Shown piece by piece: positions 10,512 to 17,696 of a stretch of 40,000 bases of DNA. A program made the translations under genes and the position numbers. A model generated the notes under the pieces. The model worked only from the letters and a program-made list of their open reading frames with translations, did no database searches and was not told the origin of the DNA. Within the stretch, counting starts at the first letter, position 1. Each line of letters starts with the position of its first letter. Where the stretch lies: assembly GCF_001458595.1 (NCBI RefSeq), contig NZ_LN890328.1:2244831-2284830 (forward strand). Direction: 5' to 3'. The DNA is from Clostridium neonatale. GTDB taxonomy: Bacteria; Bacillota; Clostridia; Clostridiales; Clostridiaceae.

Positions 10512-11277
10512 CTAACTCCTTCCATAACTTATTGAAATACTCTCTAAATTCTGGCTCCTTACGTCTTTCAAAAGGAGTTAAATTATCCTTTAAAAATTCT
10601 ATATCTTCTTCTATTTTTACACTTGATGGCCTCTTAGTTAAAACAACTACCTTGTCTGAAATTGAAATAGCTTCACTTATATCATGAGTAACCATAATTG
10701 CTGTTTTATTTTCATTTTTAATTATCTTGTATACATCATCACATACTAAAAGTCTTGATTGATAATCTAATGCTGAGAATGGTTCATCTAAAAACAATAT
10801 CTCTGGATTAAGAGCTAAAGTTCTAATAAGTGCAACCCTTTGACGCATTCCCCCTGATAATTGACTTGGATGATGATTTTTAAACTTACTAAGTCCATAA
10901 GTCTCTAAAAGTTTATTTACTCTATCAATAGATTCATCGTTAAGCTTATTTTTTATTTTTAATCCTAGAATTACGTTATCCCAAACTGTATTCCATTCGA
11001 ATAAGTGATCTTTTTGAAACATATATCCAATCTTATCCAGATGTTTTTTTATATCTTCTCCTTTATATAAAGCTCCACCACTTGTTGGATTTAAAAGACC
11101 ACTTATTATATTAAGAAGTGTGGACTTCCCACATCCAGAAGGTCCTAAAATGGAAATAAACTGACCAAATTCAACATCAAAATTAACATTATCCAATGCT
11201 TTTGTTTCACCTTGAACTGTATGATAATTCATTGATATATTGGATATTTTTAATAATGTCATATATAATTCCACCAC
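10495..11277 (-). CDS. ABC transporter ATP-binding protein (SsuB/TauB/NrtC type); true start probably MTLLKISNIS
   Basis: Walker A LGPSGCGKST, signature LSGGMRQR, Walker B ILFLDEPFSALD. Confidence 0.95.
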   Translation of the reverse strand: MVELYMTLLKISNISMNYHTVQGETKALDNVNFDVEFGQFISILGPSGCGKSTLLNIISGLLNPTSGGALYKGEDIKKHLDKIGYMFQKDHLFEWNTVWDNVILGLKIKNKLNDESIDRVNKLLETYGLSKFKNHHPSQLSGGMRQRVALIRTLALNPEILFLDEPFSALDYQSRLLVCDDVYKIIKNENKTAIMVTHDISEAISISDKVVVLTKRPSSVKIEEDIEFLKDNLTPFERRKEPEFREYFNKLWKELDECNE

Positions 11278-11298
11278 CTTATCATCTTTTTGTTTACA

Positions 11299-12093
11299 CT
11301 ATTTTATAGCTTTTTCTGCATAAGAGTTATCAACAATAGCGTTAAATGCTGGTTTTTGTGGAATTAAACTGCTGTCATATTCAATAATAATATCCATTAA
11401 TCTATTTAAATCTTCTTCTTTAATTACTGGATTATGAGCCAAAGCATCGATTTTCTTATAATTATCTATAACTGTAACTATTGTATCTTTATCAGTACCA
11501 GGGAAATAGTCAATTATTTTATCTGCTATTTCTTCACTTGAATGAGAAAAATACCATTGTTGGCCTTTATAAATAGCATTTGTGAATTTCTGTATTACTT
11601 CTGGATTTTCTTTCATATATGAATTTGTAGCAAAGAAACAAGTATATGGTATGACACCTGATTCTTCACCTACAGAAGCAAGTATATGACCTGTTCCTTC
11701 TTTTTCAAGAACTGAAGCTGTTGGCTCAAATAAAGCAACGTAATCTCCAGTACCACCTTTAAATGCTCCTGCAGTAGCTGCAAAATCTATATTTGTAACC
11801 ATATTTGCATCTGTCTTTGGAATGATTCCATTTTGCTTCATAGCATATTCTAGTGCCATAGCTGGAACTCCTGCAAGACTCTTCAAATACATATTAATTT
11901 TCCAATTGCTTGGAGATTTAAATCTAATATAAAAAATGACAGTATAATTAACACCACCAAATAAATATAACATTCCCCAACAAACTAATAATAAAAGTGT
12001 AGTTACTATATCAATATTGACAGTAACTACGCCAAAAAATCGGCTCAGTCCAAAATTGGATTGAGCTTTTTCTTCCTTACCAGTAGGTGTCAT
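11299..12093 (-). CDS. ABC transporter substrate-binding protein, apparently 5'-truncated (bona fide homology from about 11900 downward)
   Basis: C-terminal ~200 aa are NMT1/SsuA-like (GVPAMALEYAMKQNGI..., GTGDYVALFEPTASVLEKEG, EVIQKFTNAIYKGQQWY), but the first ~65 aa (MTPTGKEEKAQSNFGLSRFFGVVTVNI...) lack a lipoprotein signal and read through a terminator-like palindrome. Confidence 0.7.
   Translation of the reverse strand: MTPTGKEEKAQSNFGLSRFFGVVTVNIDIVTTLLLLVCWGMLYLFGGVNYTVIFYIRFKSPSNWKINMYLKSLAGVPAMALEYAMKQNGIIPKTDANMVTNIDFAATAGAFKGGTGDYVALFEPTASVLEKEGTGHILASVGEESGVIPYTCFFATNSYMKENPEVIQKFTNAIYKGQQWYFSHSSEEIADKIIDYFPGTDKDTIVTVIDNYKKIDALAHNPVIKEEDLNRLMDIIIEYDSSLIPQKPAFNAIVDNSYAEKAIK
12044..12083. 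terminator. Bidirectional terminator-like palindrome inside the extrapolated 5' part of the binding-protein ORF
   Basis: AAAAAATCGGCTCAGTCCAAAATTGGATTGAGCTTTTTC: 11-bp stem with A-run and T-run flanks. Confidence 0.6.
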
Positions 12094-12130
12094 AAGAACT
12101 GTAATAAAAATGTCGCAAAAACTAATTTAA

Positions 12131-12470
12131 TTCTTGTTATCATCCTATTCCTCAACAGTTCTAGCTTTACAATGCCTTTTATTTTTTTGTAAAATATTTC
12201 TTGTTACACTTTTTGTTACACCCTAAACCCTCTCTATTCCTTGCCTTTATATATATATTATATATATTGTAATAATAATATATAAATATATATATATAAT
12301 AAGGGAGATACATATACATACCTATATAGTATTATATATAAAGATAAGCACGTGTAATTTCAACTCTTGTTACACCTAGTGGAATTATCTTTAAACCCTT
12401 GTAATATCGGGGCTTAGAGGTGCGCAAAAGGGTGAAAATTCTTGTTACATAGGGCTGAAATTCTTGTTAC
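12131..12470 (+). repeat. Left copy of inverted iteron/AT-rich element
   Basis: TTCTTGTTAC-type iterons at 12131, 12198, 12210, 12365, 12436 and 12458 flanking a TATATA-rich core and ATTATATATAAAGATAAGCAC. Confidence 0.8.
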
Positions 12471-12520
12471 TATATATAAAATAACTGTTTATTTTTATTA
12501 AATATTTGTTATAATATAAA

Positions 12521-12552
12521 TAAGAAAAGCCTAGTGCGGGAACACTAAGCTT
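12521..12552 (-). terminator. Terminator downstream of small membrane peptide
   Basis: Minus strand AAGCTTAGTG-TTCCCG-CACTAGGCTT followed by TTCTTATTTAT. Confidence 0.6.
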
Positions 12553-12624
12553 CTCCTAGAACGTTTTTAGTTTTAGGGCTATTGAAATTCACATATATAA
12601 ATATGTTTTAATGAAAAAGCACTT

Positions 12625-12789
12625 ATTCTTGGTTAGATGGGGTGCTTTTTTCATTTGTGTTTAATTCAAAATTAATCCATTTAATTAAACTCAAACTTAT
12701 TTTACAATTCTTACTTTTAGGGTTTAACGCCACAATAACAACTGTTATTATAGCAACTATACACACTAATAGAACTATACAAATCCACA
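12625..12789 (-). CDS. 54-aa single-TM small peptide (possible toxin-like or prophage small membrane protein)
   Basis: MWICIVLLVCIVAIITVVIVALNPKSKNCKISLSLIKWINFELNTNEKSTPSNQE*; strong SD (GGGGGTGG) before ATG; not in the supplied ORF track because it is short. Confidence 0.6.
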
Positions 12790-12790
12790 T

Positions 12791-12859
12791 TTCAATACCA
12801 CCCCCTTAGACTATTATTTTTAATAGCCCAAGGCGGAAAACGTACAACCACCGCCCCCA
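12791..12859 (-). CDS. 22-aa leader peptide translationally coupled to the small TM peptide
   Basis: ATGGGGGCGGTGGTTGTACGTTTTCCGCCTTGG... = MGAVVVRFPPWAIKNNSLRGWY*, with TGA-A-ATG junction to the next ORF. Confidence 0.4.
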
Positions 12860-12878
12860 TCTTTGCGGAATATAGTGT

Positions 12879-12884
12879 TATTAT
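12879..12884 (-). promoter_or_regulatory. -10 box (extended TGATATAAT)
   Basis: Reverse complement AATGATATAATAACAC. Confidence 0.5.
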
Positions 12885-12962
12885 ATCATTATTTGTTTTT
12901 ATGTGGAATATTTTTCTTTTATACAATTTATGCTTTTTAAACAGACATAATATTAACCTACA

Positions 12963-12999
12963 AAAAAGGAGATAACTAAATTAATAGTTGTCTCCTTTT
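12963..12999 (-). terminator. Hairpin H1 of tandem short-unit array
   Basis: AAAAAGGAGATAACTA-AATTAA-TAGTTGTCTCCTTTT. Confidence 0.75.
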
Positions 13000-13075
13000 A
13001 GGTAAAATATGAATAAATATATAAAAAAAATGTTCCACCAAAATACATATCGAAATATTTTTAAATCACTTTAGC

Positions 13076-13210
13076 TTATATTAGTTCTTTTTTTACATAC
13101 TCTATTATAGTATCTTCTTCACCTTTAAATACATCTGCTAACTTTAATATAATCTCTTGATCTTCTATATCCATATCTTTTATTATCTCATACAATTTAT
13201 TATTGCACAT
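13076..13210 (-). CDS. 44-aa acidic small protein
   Basis: MCNNKLYEIIKDMDIEDQEIILKLADVFKGEEDTIIEYVKKELI*; SD GTGGGG; TATAAT at 13228-13233 immediately upstream. Confidence 0.65.
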   Translation of the reverse strand: MCNNKLYEIIKDMDIEDQEIILKLADVFKGEEDTIIEYVKKELI

Positions 13211-13239
13211 AACTATACCCCACTGCTATTATATAAGCT

Positions 13240-13349
13240 TATATAAAGAGCTAGAAAAAGACTCTTTGTCTATCTCTAGCTTTTTATGGTTTTTTTAACC
13301 ATAATTTAATACTCTTTTATAGTCATAATTGAATTCTTTTTTATTATAA
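13240..13349 (-). ncRNA. Candidate short transcript U2 (promoter 13344-13349, hairpin 13245-13285)
   Basis: TATAAT in reverse complement plus AAAAGCTAGAGATAGACAAAGAGTCTTTTTCTAGCTCTTTAT hairpin. Confidence 0.35.
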
Positions 13350-13434
13350 TTTACTTTTATATTTTTTATGTTAAATTTATGTTATATTTATATTAATTAT
13401 TTGTAAATATTTTATATTTTAAAACCAAAAGATA

Positions 13435-13554
13435 AAACAAAAGAGATAGCTTAAAAGGGGTTGGAAGCTATCTCTTTCTAAGTATTCTGGGCAAAAATAT
13501 TGTCTTTACATACATATTATACTATAATTCTCCCAAACTTTTCAATATTTTATA
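13435..13554 (-). ncRNA. Candidate short transcript U3 with 15-aa micro-ORF
   Basis: AAAAATATGATATAAAAT promoter-like box; terminator AAAGAGATAGCTT-CCAACCCCTTTT-AAGCTATCTCTTTTG. Confidence 0.4.
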
Positions 13555-13590
13555 TCATATTTTTCAATACATTACATATTTTAATGTCAA

Positions 13591-13679
13591 GCAAAAAGAG
13601 ACAACTAAATTCATAGTTATCTCTTTTTTGATTATGTCATAAATATAAAATAATGAGTACCCCACTCAATTGTATTTTA
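13591..13679 (-). ncRNA. Candidate short transcript U4
   Basis: TAAAAATATGCTAAAAT box; hairpin AAAAAGAGATAACTATGAATTTAGTTGTCTCTTTTT. Confidence 0.4.
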
Positions 13680-13718
13680 GCATATTTTTAAATAACTTTA
13701 AACTCTAATTTATTTCAT

Positions 13719-13805
13719 AGAAAAGAGATGGTCAAAGGAGCTATCTTTAAACCATCTCTTTAGGGAATTTTTGAACTAATTTGCATCTATTTCGTATCCA
13801 TATTA
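13719..13805 (-). ncRNA. Candidate short transcript U5
   Basis: AAAAAATATGATAATAT box; hairpin AAAGAGATGGTTTAAAGATAGCTCCTTTGACCATCTCTTTT. Confidence 0.4.
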
Positions 13806-13841
13806 TCATATTTTTTAACACTTTTCTATATTTTTCTACTC

Positions 13842-13916
13842 AAAAAAAGAAAGCCTATCTATAAAGGAGAGAAGTGTGGCTTTCTTTCTACTATTTGGAG
13901 TTACATTTACATTTTA
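13842..13916 (-). ncRNA. Candidate short transcript U6
   Basis: TAAAAATATGATAAAAT box; hairpin GAAAGCC-ACACTTCTCTCCTTTATAGATA-GGCTTTCTTTTTTT. Confidence 0.4.
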
Positions 13917-13929
13917 TCATATTTTTACA

Positions 13930-14032
13930 TAAAAATAAAAGCCGATTAAAGAAATTAATCTCCAACCAGCTTTTACTATTTAATAGAATATGCAATCTTA
14001 GATCTGGGGATCACATTTTCAAAAATATTATA
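13930..14032 (-). ncRNA. Candidate short transcript U7
   Basis: ACATATGATATAAT box with upstream TTGAAA; hairpin AAAAGCTGGTTGGAGATTAATTTCTTTAATCGGCTTTTATTTTT. Confidence 0.45.
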
Positions 14033-14091
14033 TCATATGTTTTTTTAGCTTTTCAATTATTTTAAAGTATATTTTTTCTAAAAATCTATAT

Positions 14092-14183
14092 AATAAAAGT
14101 CAGCTAAAGAATTTAGTCTCTAACCGGCTTTTATTGTTTTCTATTTTATAGATATATGAATTTTTAAGTGTATTGCTATTATA
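14092..14183 (-). ncRNA. Candidate short transcript U8
   Basis: AAAAAATACGATATAAT box; hairpin AAAAGCCGGTTAGAGACTAAATTCTTTAGCTGACTTTTATT. Confidence 0.45.
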
Positions 14184-14234
14184 TCGTATTTTTTTACATA
14201 ATAAAATAGTTTTTTTTATATTATTTAGCAAGTT

Positions 14235-14903
14235 CTATCTTATAGCATAGAACCAACTACCTAAAGTTTTCTGTAGCTCTTTACACTTTTCTATAGGCAA
14301 TACCTGCGTTTCTATCCATATACCTTTAGAATCTCCCTTTACATAACACCTTACACCTTTGAAATAATATAATACATATTCTAAGTCTACTCCTACAAAG
14401 CTACCATCACCACGATAGCCATTAGGCAAGTACGTAGTAACTATATAGCCTGTTGCTGTTTCTTCATTTTCCTTTAAAGCTTTAAAATCTGCTAGTGGAA
14501 AGTTAGCCCCTGGGCATTCTGTTGCTAATAATTCCTTGTGTCCATAAATAGGTAAGTTTCCATATTTACCTATTAAATATTTTATTAAATCTATTCCAGC
14601 ATTATATTCTGCTGTAGGCATTGTTTCTTTCATATAATTACCCTCAAAACAAATACCTAGTGTATTTGTATTACTACCTTGACAATGAGCTCCTATAGCT
14701 CCGTCTGGTCTACCTTTATAAATTGAGCCATCTTTTCTTATAAAATAATGATATCCTATTCCAGACCATCCATTATTTAAATGCCAAGAATGAATATCTT
14801 GTACAGTGCATTTACTTGCTTCTGCATGGTGCAATACTAATTTATTAGGTTTATTTCCATAACTTAATGATTTAAACTTTAATCCTACATCTATAATATT
14901 CAT
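14235..14903 (-). CDS. Endolysin: N-acetylmuramoyl-L-alanine amidase (PGRP/amidase_2 type)
   Basis: KLVLHHAEASKCTVQDIHSWHLNNGWSGIGYHYFIRKDG..., GHKELLATECPGANFP. Confidence 0.95.
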   Translation of the reverse strand: MNIIDVGLKFKSLSYGNKPNKLVLHHAEASKCTVQDIHSWHLNNGWSGIGYHYFIRKDGSIYKGRPDGAIGAHCQGSNTNTLGICFEGNYMKETMPTAEYNAGIDLIKYLIGKYGNLPIYGHKELLATECPGANFPLADFKALKENEETATGYIVTTYLPNGYRGDGSFVGVDLEYVLYYFKGVRCYVKGDSKGIWIETQVLPIEKCKELQKTLGSWFYAIR

Positions 14904-14957
14904 TACAATTCCTCCAATTCATATAAAAATAAGGTGTTCATTAAGAACACCTCTAAA

Positions 14958-15236
14958 TTATTCATCTTTAACTAATTGCTTTGCAGTTTGATTAACTCCA
15001 ACAGCTACACCCCAACATAAGATTCCTTGTAAAATTGCATTGGCTAAATTATTTACATTTAAACCACTATTAATTGAGTTCAAAAGTATAGAAAATACTA
15101 TACAAAATACCATTAAAATCATGGTAATATATTTATCCTTTATGCTTTCTATTTTCTTTAAAAATATTCCTAATACATATGTGGCAACAATTAGTATAAT
15201 AAGATTTTCTGGTATAAATTTTAGTAAGTTTTCCAT
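14958..15236 (-). CDS. Phage holin family protein
   Basis: Small multi-TM protein before the amidase; LANAILQGILCWGVAVGVNQTAKQLVK motif. Confidence 0.85.
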   Translation of the reverse strand: MENLLKFIPENLIILIVATYVLGIFLKKIESIKDKYITMILMVFCIVFSILLNSINSGLNVNNLANAILQGILCWGVAVGVNQTAKQLVKDE

Positions 15237-15259
15237 TTTTACATTCCACCTTTTCTAAA

Positions 15260-15484
15260 TTATTTAAATAAAAGAGCTATAGCTCCAGCAACAACTGCTC
15301 CAACTATAGTCCTCCATAACCATGTGTTATTTTTTTCTAAGTCTTCAATTCTATGATTCGCTACTTTTAATTTATCCTCTAAGTTTTCTAACTGCAAATT
15401 AATTGACTGTGGAATATTTTCTAGTAGCATTTCTATTTTTACAAGTCTTTCTCTTATTTCTTGTATAGTGTCTTTATCATCCAT
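15260..15484 (-). CDS. XhlA-like (haemolysin XhlA family) protein
   Basis: Short coiled coil plus C-terminal TM: HRIEDLEKNNTWLWRTIVGAVVAGAIALLFK. Confidence 0.88.
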   Translation of the reverse strand: MDDKDTIQEIRERLVKIEMLLENIPQSINLQLENLEDKLKVANHRIEDLEKNNTWLWRTIVGAVVAGAIALLFK

Positions 15485-15602
15485 ATTGCACCTCTTTCTT
15501 AATTTTTAATATAAAATAAGCATAATAAAAAGGTCCATATGACCTCTAAATTATGCTTTCATTTATTAATTTTTGAATTTTATTTTACTGCATCCCTTTC
15601 GC

Positions 15603-15734
15603 CTATTGCGTAGCTTTACTTGCAATAATTTCTTGCTTTTGTTCTTCTGTAATCCATCTAGCATTAACAAATACATCTAAATTACTTTCTGTATAAAGTC
15701 CCAACAAATAGTATTCTTTAATATAACTAAGCAT
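15603..15734 (-). CDS. XkdX family protein
   Basis: Reverse-strand reading MLSYIKEYYLLGLYTESNLDVFVNARWITEEQKQEIIASKATQ*; not in ORF track. Confidence 0.8.
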   Translation of the reverse strand: MLSYIKEYYLLGLYTESNLDVFVNARWITEEQKQEIIASKATQ

Positions 15735-16161
15735 TTGTACTACCTCCCGCTATTTGTAATAATATTTGTGCATTTAATTTCTTTTGTTCTTCCAACTCTA
15801 ATTGCATATTAGCATTATCCTGCAATAACTTAGCATTTAATATTTGCTGTTCTGTTGGTTGCTGTACTGGTATAGGAAATAAGCTTTCCTTTTCTTCATC
15901 AGTTAGCTCTACAACTTCATTATTTACATATTTATAATTACATCTGCCTTGCGAATCTCTTAACGGCTTATCTCTTGGAAAATAATTACCTTGTGCATGA
16001 GAATATTTATCCCCAATACCTTCATCAATTTGTATATATCCACTTGTATCTTCTAAGGTTAAATCACTTTCTACGCCAATAATACAATTATTTTTATCTG
16101 TTTTTATATATATTTTATACTTGAATTCTTCCATGTTGCACCTCCTAGTATATTTCTGCAT
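15727..16161 (-). CDS. Phage tail-associated hypothetical protein
   Basis: Position between tail fibre and XkdX; conserved-looking short ORF. Confidence 0.7.
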   Translation of the reverse strand: MQKYTRRCNMEEFKYKIYIKTDKNNCIIGVESDLTLEDTSGYIQIDEGIGDKYSHAQGNYFPRDKPLRDSQGRCNYKYVNNEVVELTDEEKESLFPIPVQQPTEQQILNAKLLQDNANMQLELEEQKKLNAQILLQIAGGSTNA

Positions 16162-17149
16162 CTAAACTTCCATCATCAGATAGCATTAACTGTCCATCAC
16201 TCATTCCATGAGTCGATTTTGTAGCATGAACTATCATCCCCATAGGTACAATGTTAACTGCAAAGGTAAAATCTGACACACCTGCTCCACTTAAAGTATT
16301 TATAGAAAATGCATTATTTATAGTTGGTATTATTCTTAATGTTGTAGGTAATGGTACAAAAAAGAATAATTGATTGCCATTAATACCAACAGCTCTATAC
16401 CTAGCTCTTTCATTTCCCCATCTATAATAATATCTTTGACACAAAGCCAATTCTTCGCCATATGGTCGTGGGACGAATGGTGTTGCTTTTGAACCTAGTT
16501 CAAATTTTGCATTTTCAAATCTTATATATAAATCATCTCCTACTGTAAATTTGTTATCTTCTTCTATCCTAAAAATGTCTATTCCTAACCAATCATCAGA
16601 ACTCAAATCTCCAAGTGTAATCTGACATTCGATTAGTTGTCTTGTTGCCTTTGCTTCATATGATTTCAAAAATATATTTGCATTTCTGCTTGGAGACCAT
16701 ACTCTAATATAAGGACTTATTTTTACACCAGCACTGGTAGTCACATAAAATGATAAAGTAACAGTACTATTCGAAAAAATATTCTTAAGTTCTTGATTTA
16801 ACTCAATTCTTTGCATAAACCAAAATCTTTTATTAGAAATTAATTTAATTTGAACGCCACCATTAGCATGTCTAACAATTTTACCTTTGTCATCACCTTC
16901 TACATCATACATCCATCTATCAGCAGTATATCCGTTAGTAGAGAATGATGTTCCCCTCTGCCAAACTGAAAAGCCACCATTTATAAATAAATTAAGATTC
17001 GCCAAATCGTTCAATTGCGTAGTAATTTCTCCTGCCCATTTATCTATTTTATCTGAATTAGAATTGACTCTTTCTACATCATAGCTATCATCAACACTAT
17101 CCTTACTTAAATTTAAATTAGTGGTGTATGTCCCTTGATAATCACTCAT
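16145..17149 (-). CDS. Putative tail fibre / receptor-binding protein
   Basis: NLFINGGFSVWQRGTSFSTNGYTADRWMYD... (carbohydrate-binding-like tail fibre pattern), distal to baseplate genes. Confidence 0.7.
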   Translation of the reverse strand: MSDYQGTYTTNLNLSKDSVDDSYDVERVNSNSDKIDKWAGEITTQLNDLANLNLFINGGFSVWQRGTSFSTNGYTADRWMYDVEGDDKGKIVRHANGGVQIKLISNKRFWFMQRIELNQELKNIFSNSTVTLSFYVTTSAGVKISPYIRVWSPSRNANIFLKSYEAKATRQLIECQITLGDLSSDDWLGIDIFRIEEDNKFTVGDDLYIRFENAKFELGSKATPFVPRPYGEELALCQRYYYRWGNERARYRAVGINGNQLFFFVPLPTTLRIIPTINNAFSINTLSGAGVSDFTFAVNIVPMGMIVHATKSTHGMSDGQLMLSDDGSLDAEIY

Positions 17150-17696
17150 TTATAAACACTTCCTCTCTTAATTGTTTATGTGTATATTGATTTAATTGTC
17201 TATGTGTAAATCCTGAAAGTATTTTATGACTGTTATAAAGTAAAGATAAATCAATAAGCATATTTAAAGGTGACATTTTTTCTAACATTAACTCAACTTC
17301 TTCATATGCCTTTTTAGAAATTAGATCAACTCTTACTTTTATTATTTCATTATCATAATCAATATTTAATGTATATCCATTTTCTCCACATAAAGCTTTT
17401 AATTTATTTTTCAAAACTCTATATGTGTATGGTAATTTTTCTATTTCTCTAGATAACAATCTAAACTTTCTATCATCTAAAGTTTCAGTGTTTTTAGGTT
17501 TAATGCTAAGCATATTCTCCCTATGAGCAACACCATATTCATCACTAGAACTTATAAATTGATTATTTTGTGCCCTTTCTATTTCTGCCCACAACATATT
17601 TATTTCTGGGTTAAGTGCTTTAGAAATCTGTTTTTGTTCTTCTGTATCTGCTAGTACTGGTGGAATATAGTCTAAAATACTAATTACTCTGCTCAC
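17142..17696 (-). CDS. YmfQ/XkdU-like tail protein (DUF2313)
   Basis: Position and pattern after baseplate J; LSREIEKLPYTYRVLKNKLKALCGENGY. Confidence 0.8.
   Translation of the reverse strand: MSRVISILDYIPPVLADTEEQKQISKALNPEINMLWAEIERAQNNQFISSSDEYGVAHRENMLSIKPKNTETLDDRKFRLLSREIEKLPYTYRVLKNKLKALCGENGYTLNIDYDNEIIKVRVDLISKKAYEEVELMLEKMSPLNMLIDLSLLYNSHKILSGFTHRQLNQYTHKQLREEVFINE

Noticed and set aside
13874-14065. Plus-strand 63-aa ORF in the track
   Set aside because: Antisense to two terminator hairpins and a promoter-like box, with no clear RBS or plausible protein pattern.
12900-14190. Regularly spaced hairpins considered as a CRISPR array
   Set aside because: Hairpins are not identical, spacing is irregular (roughly 90-480 bp), each has its own promoter-like box and T-tail, and no cas genes are present.
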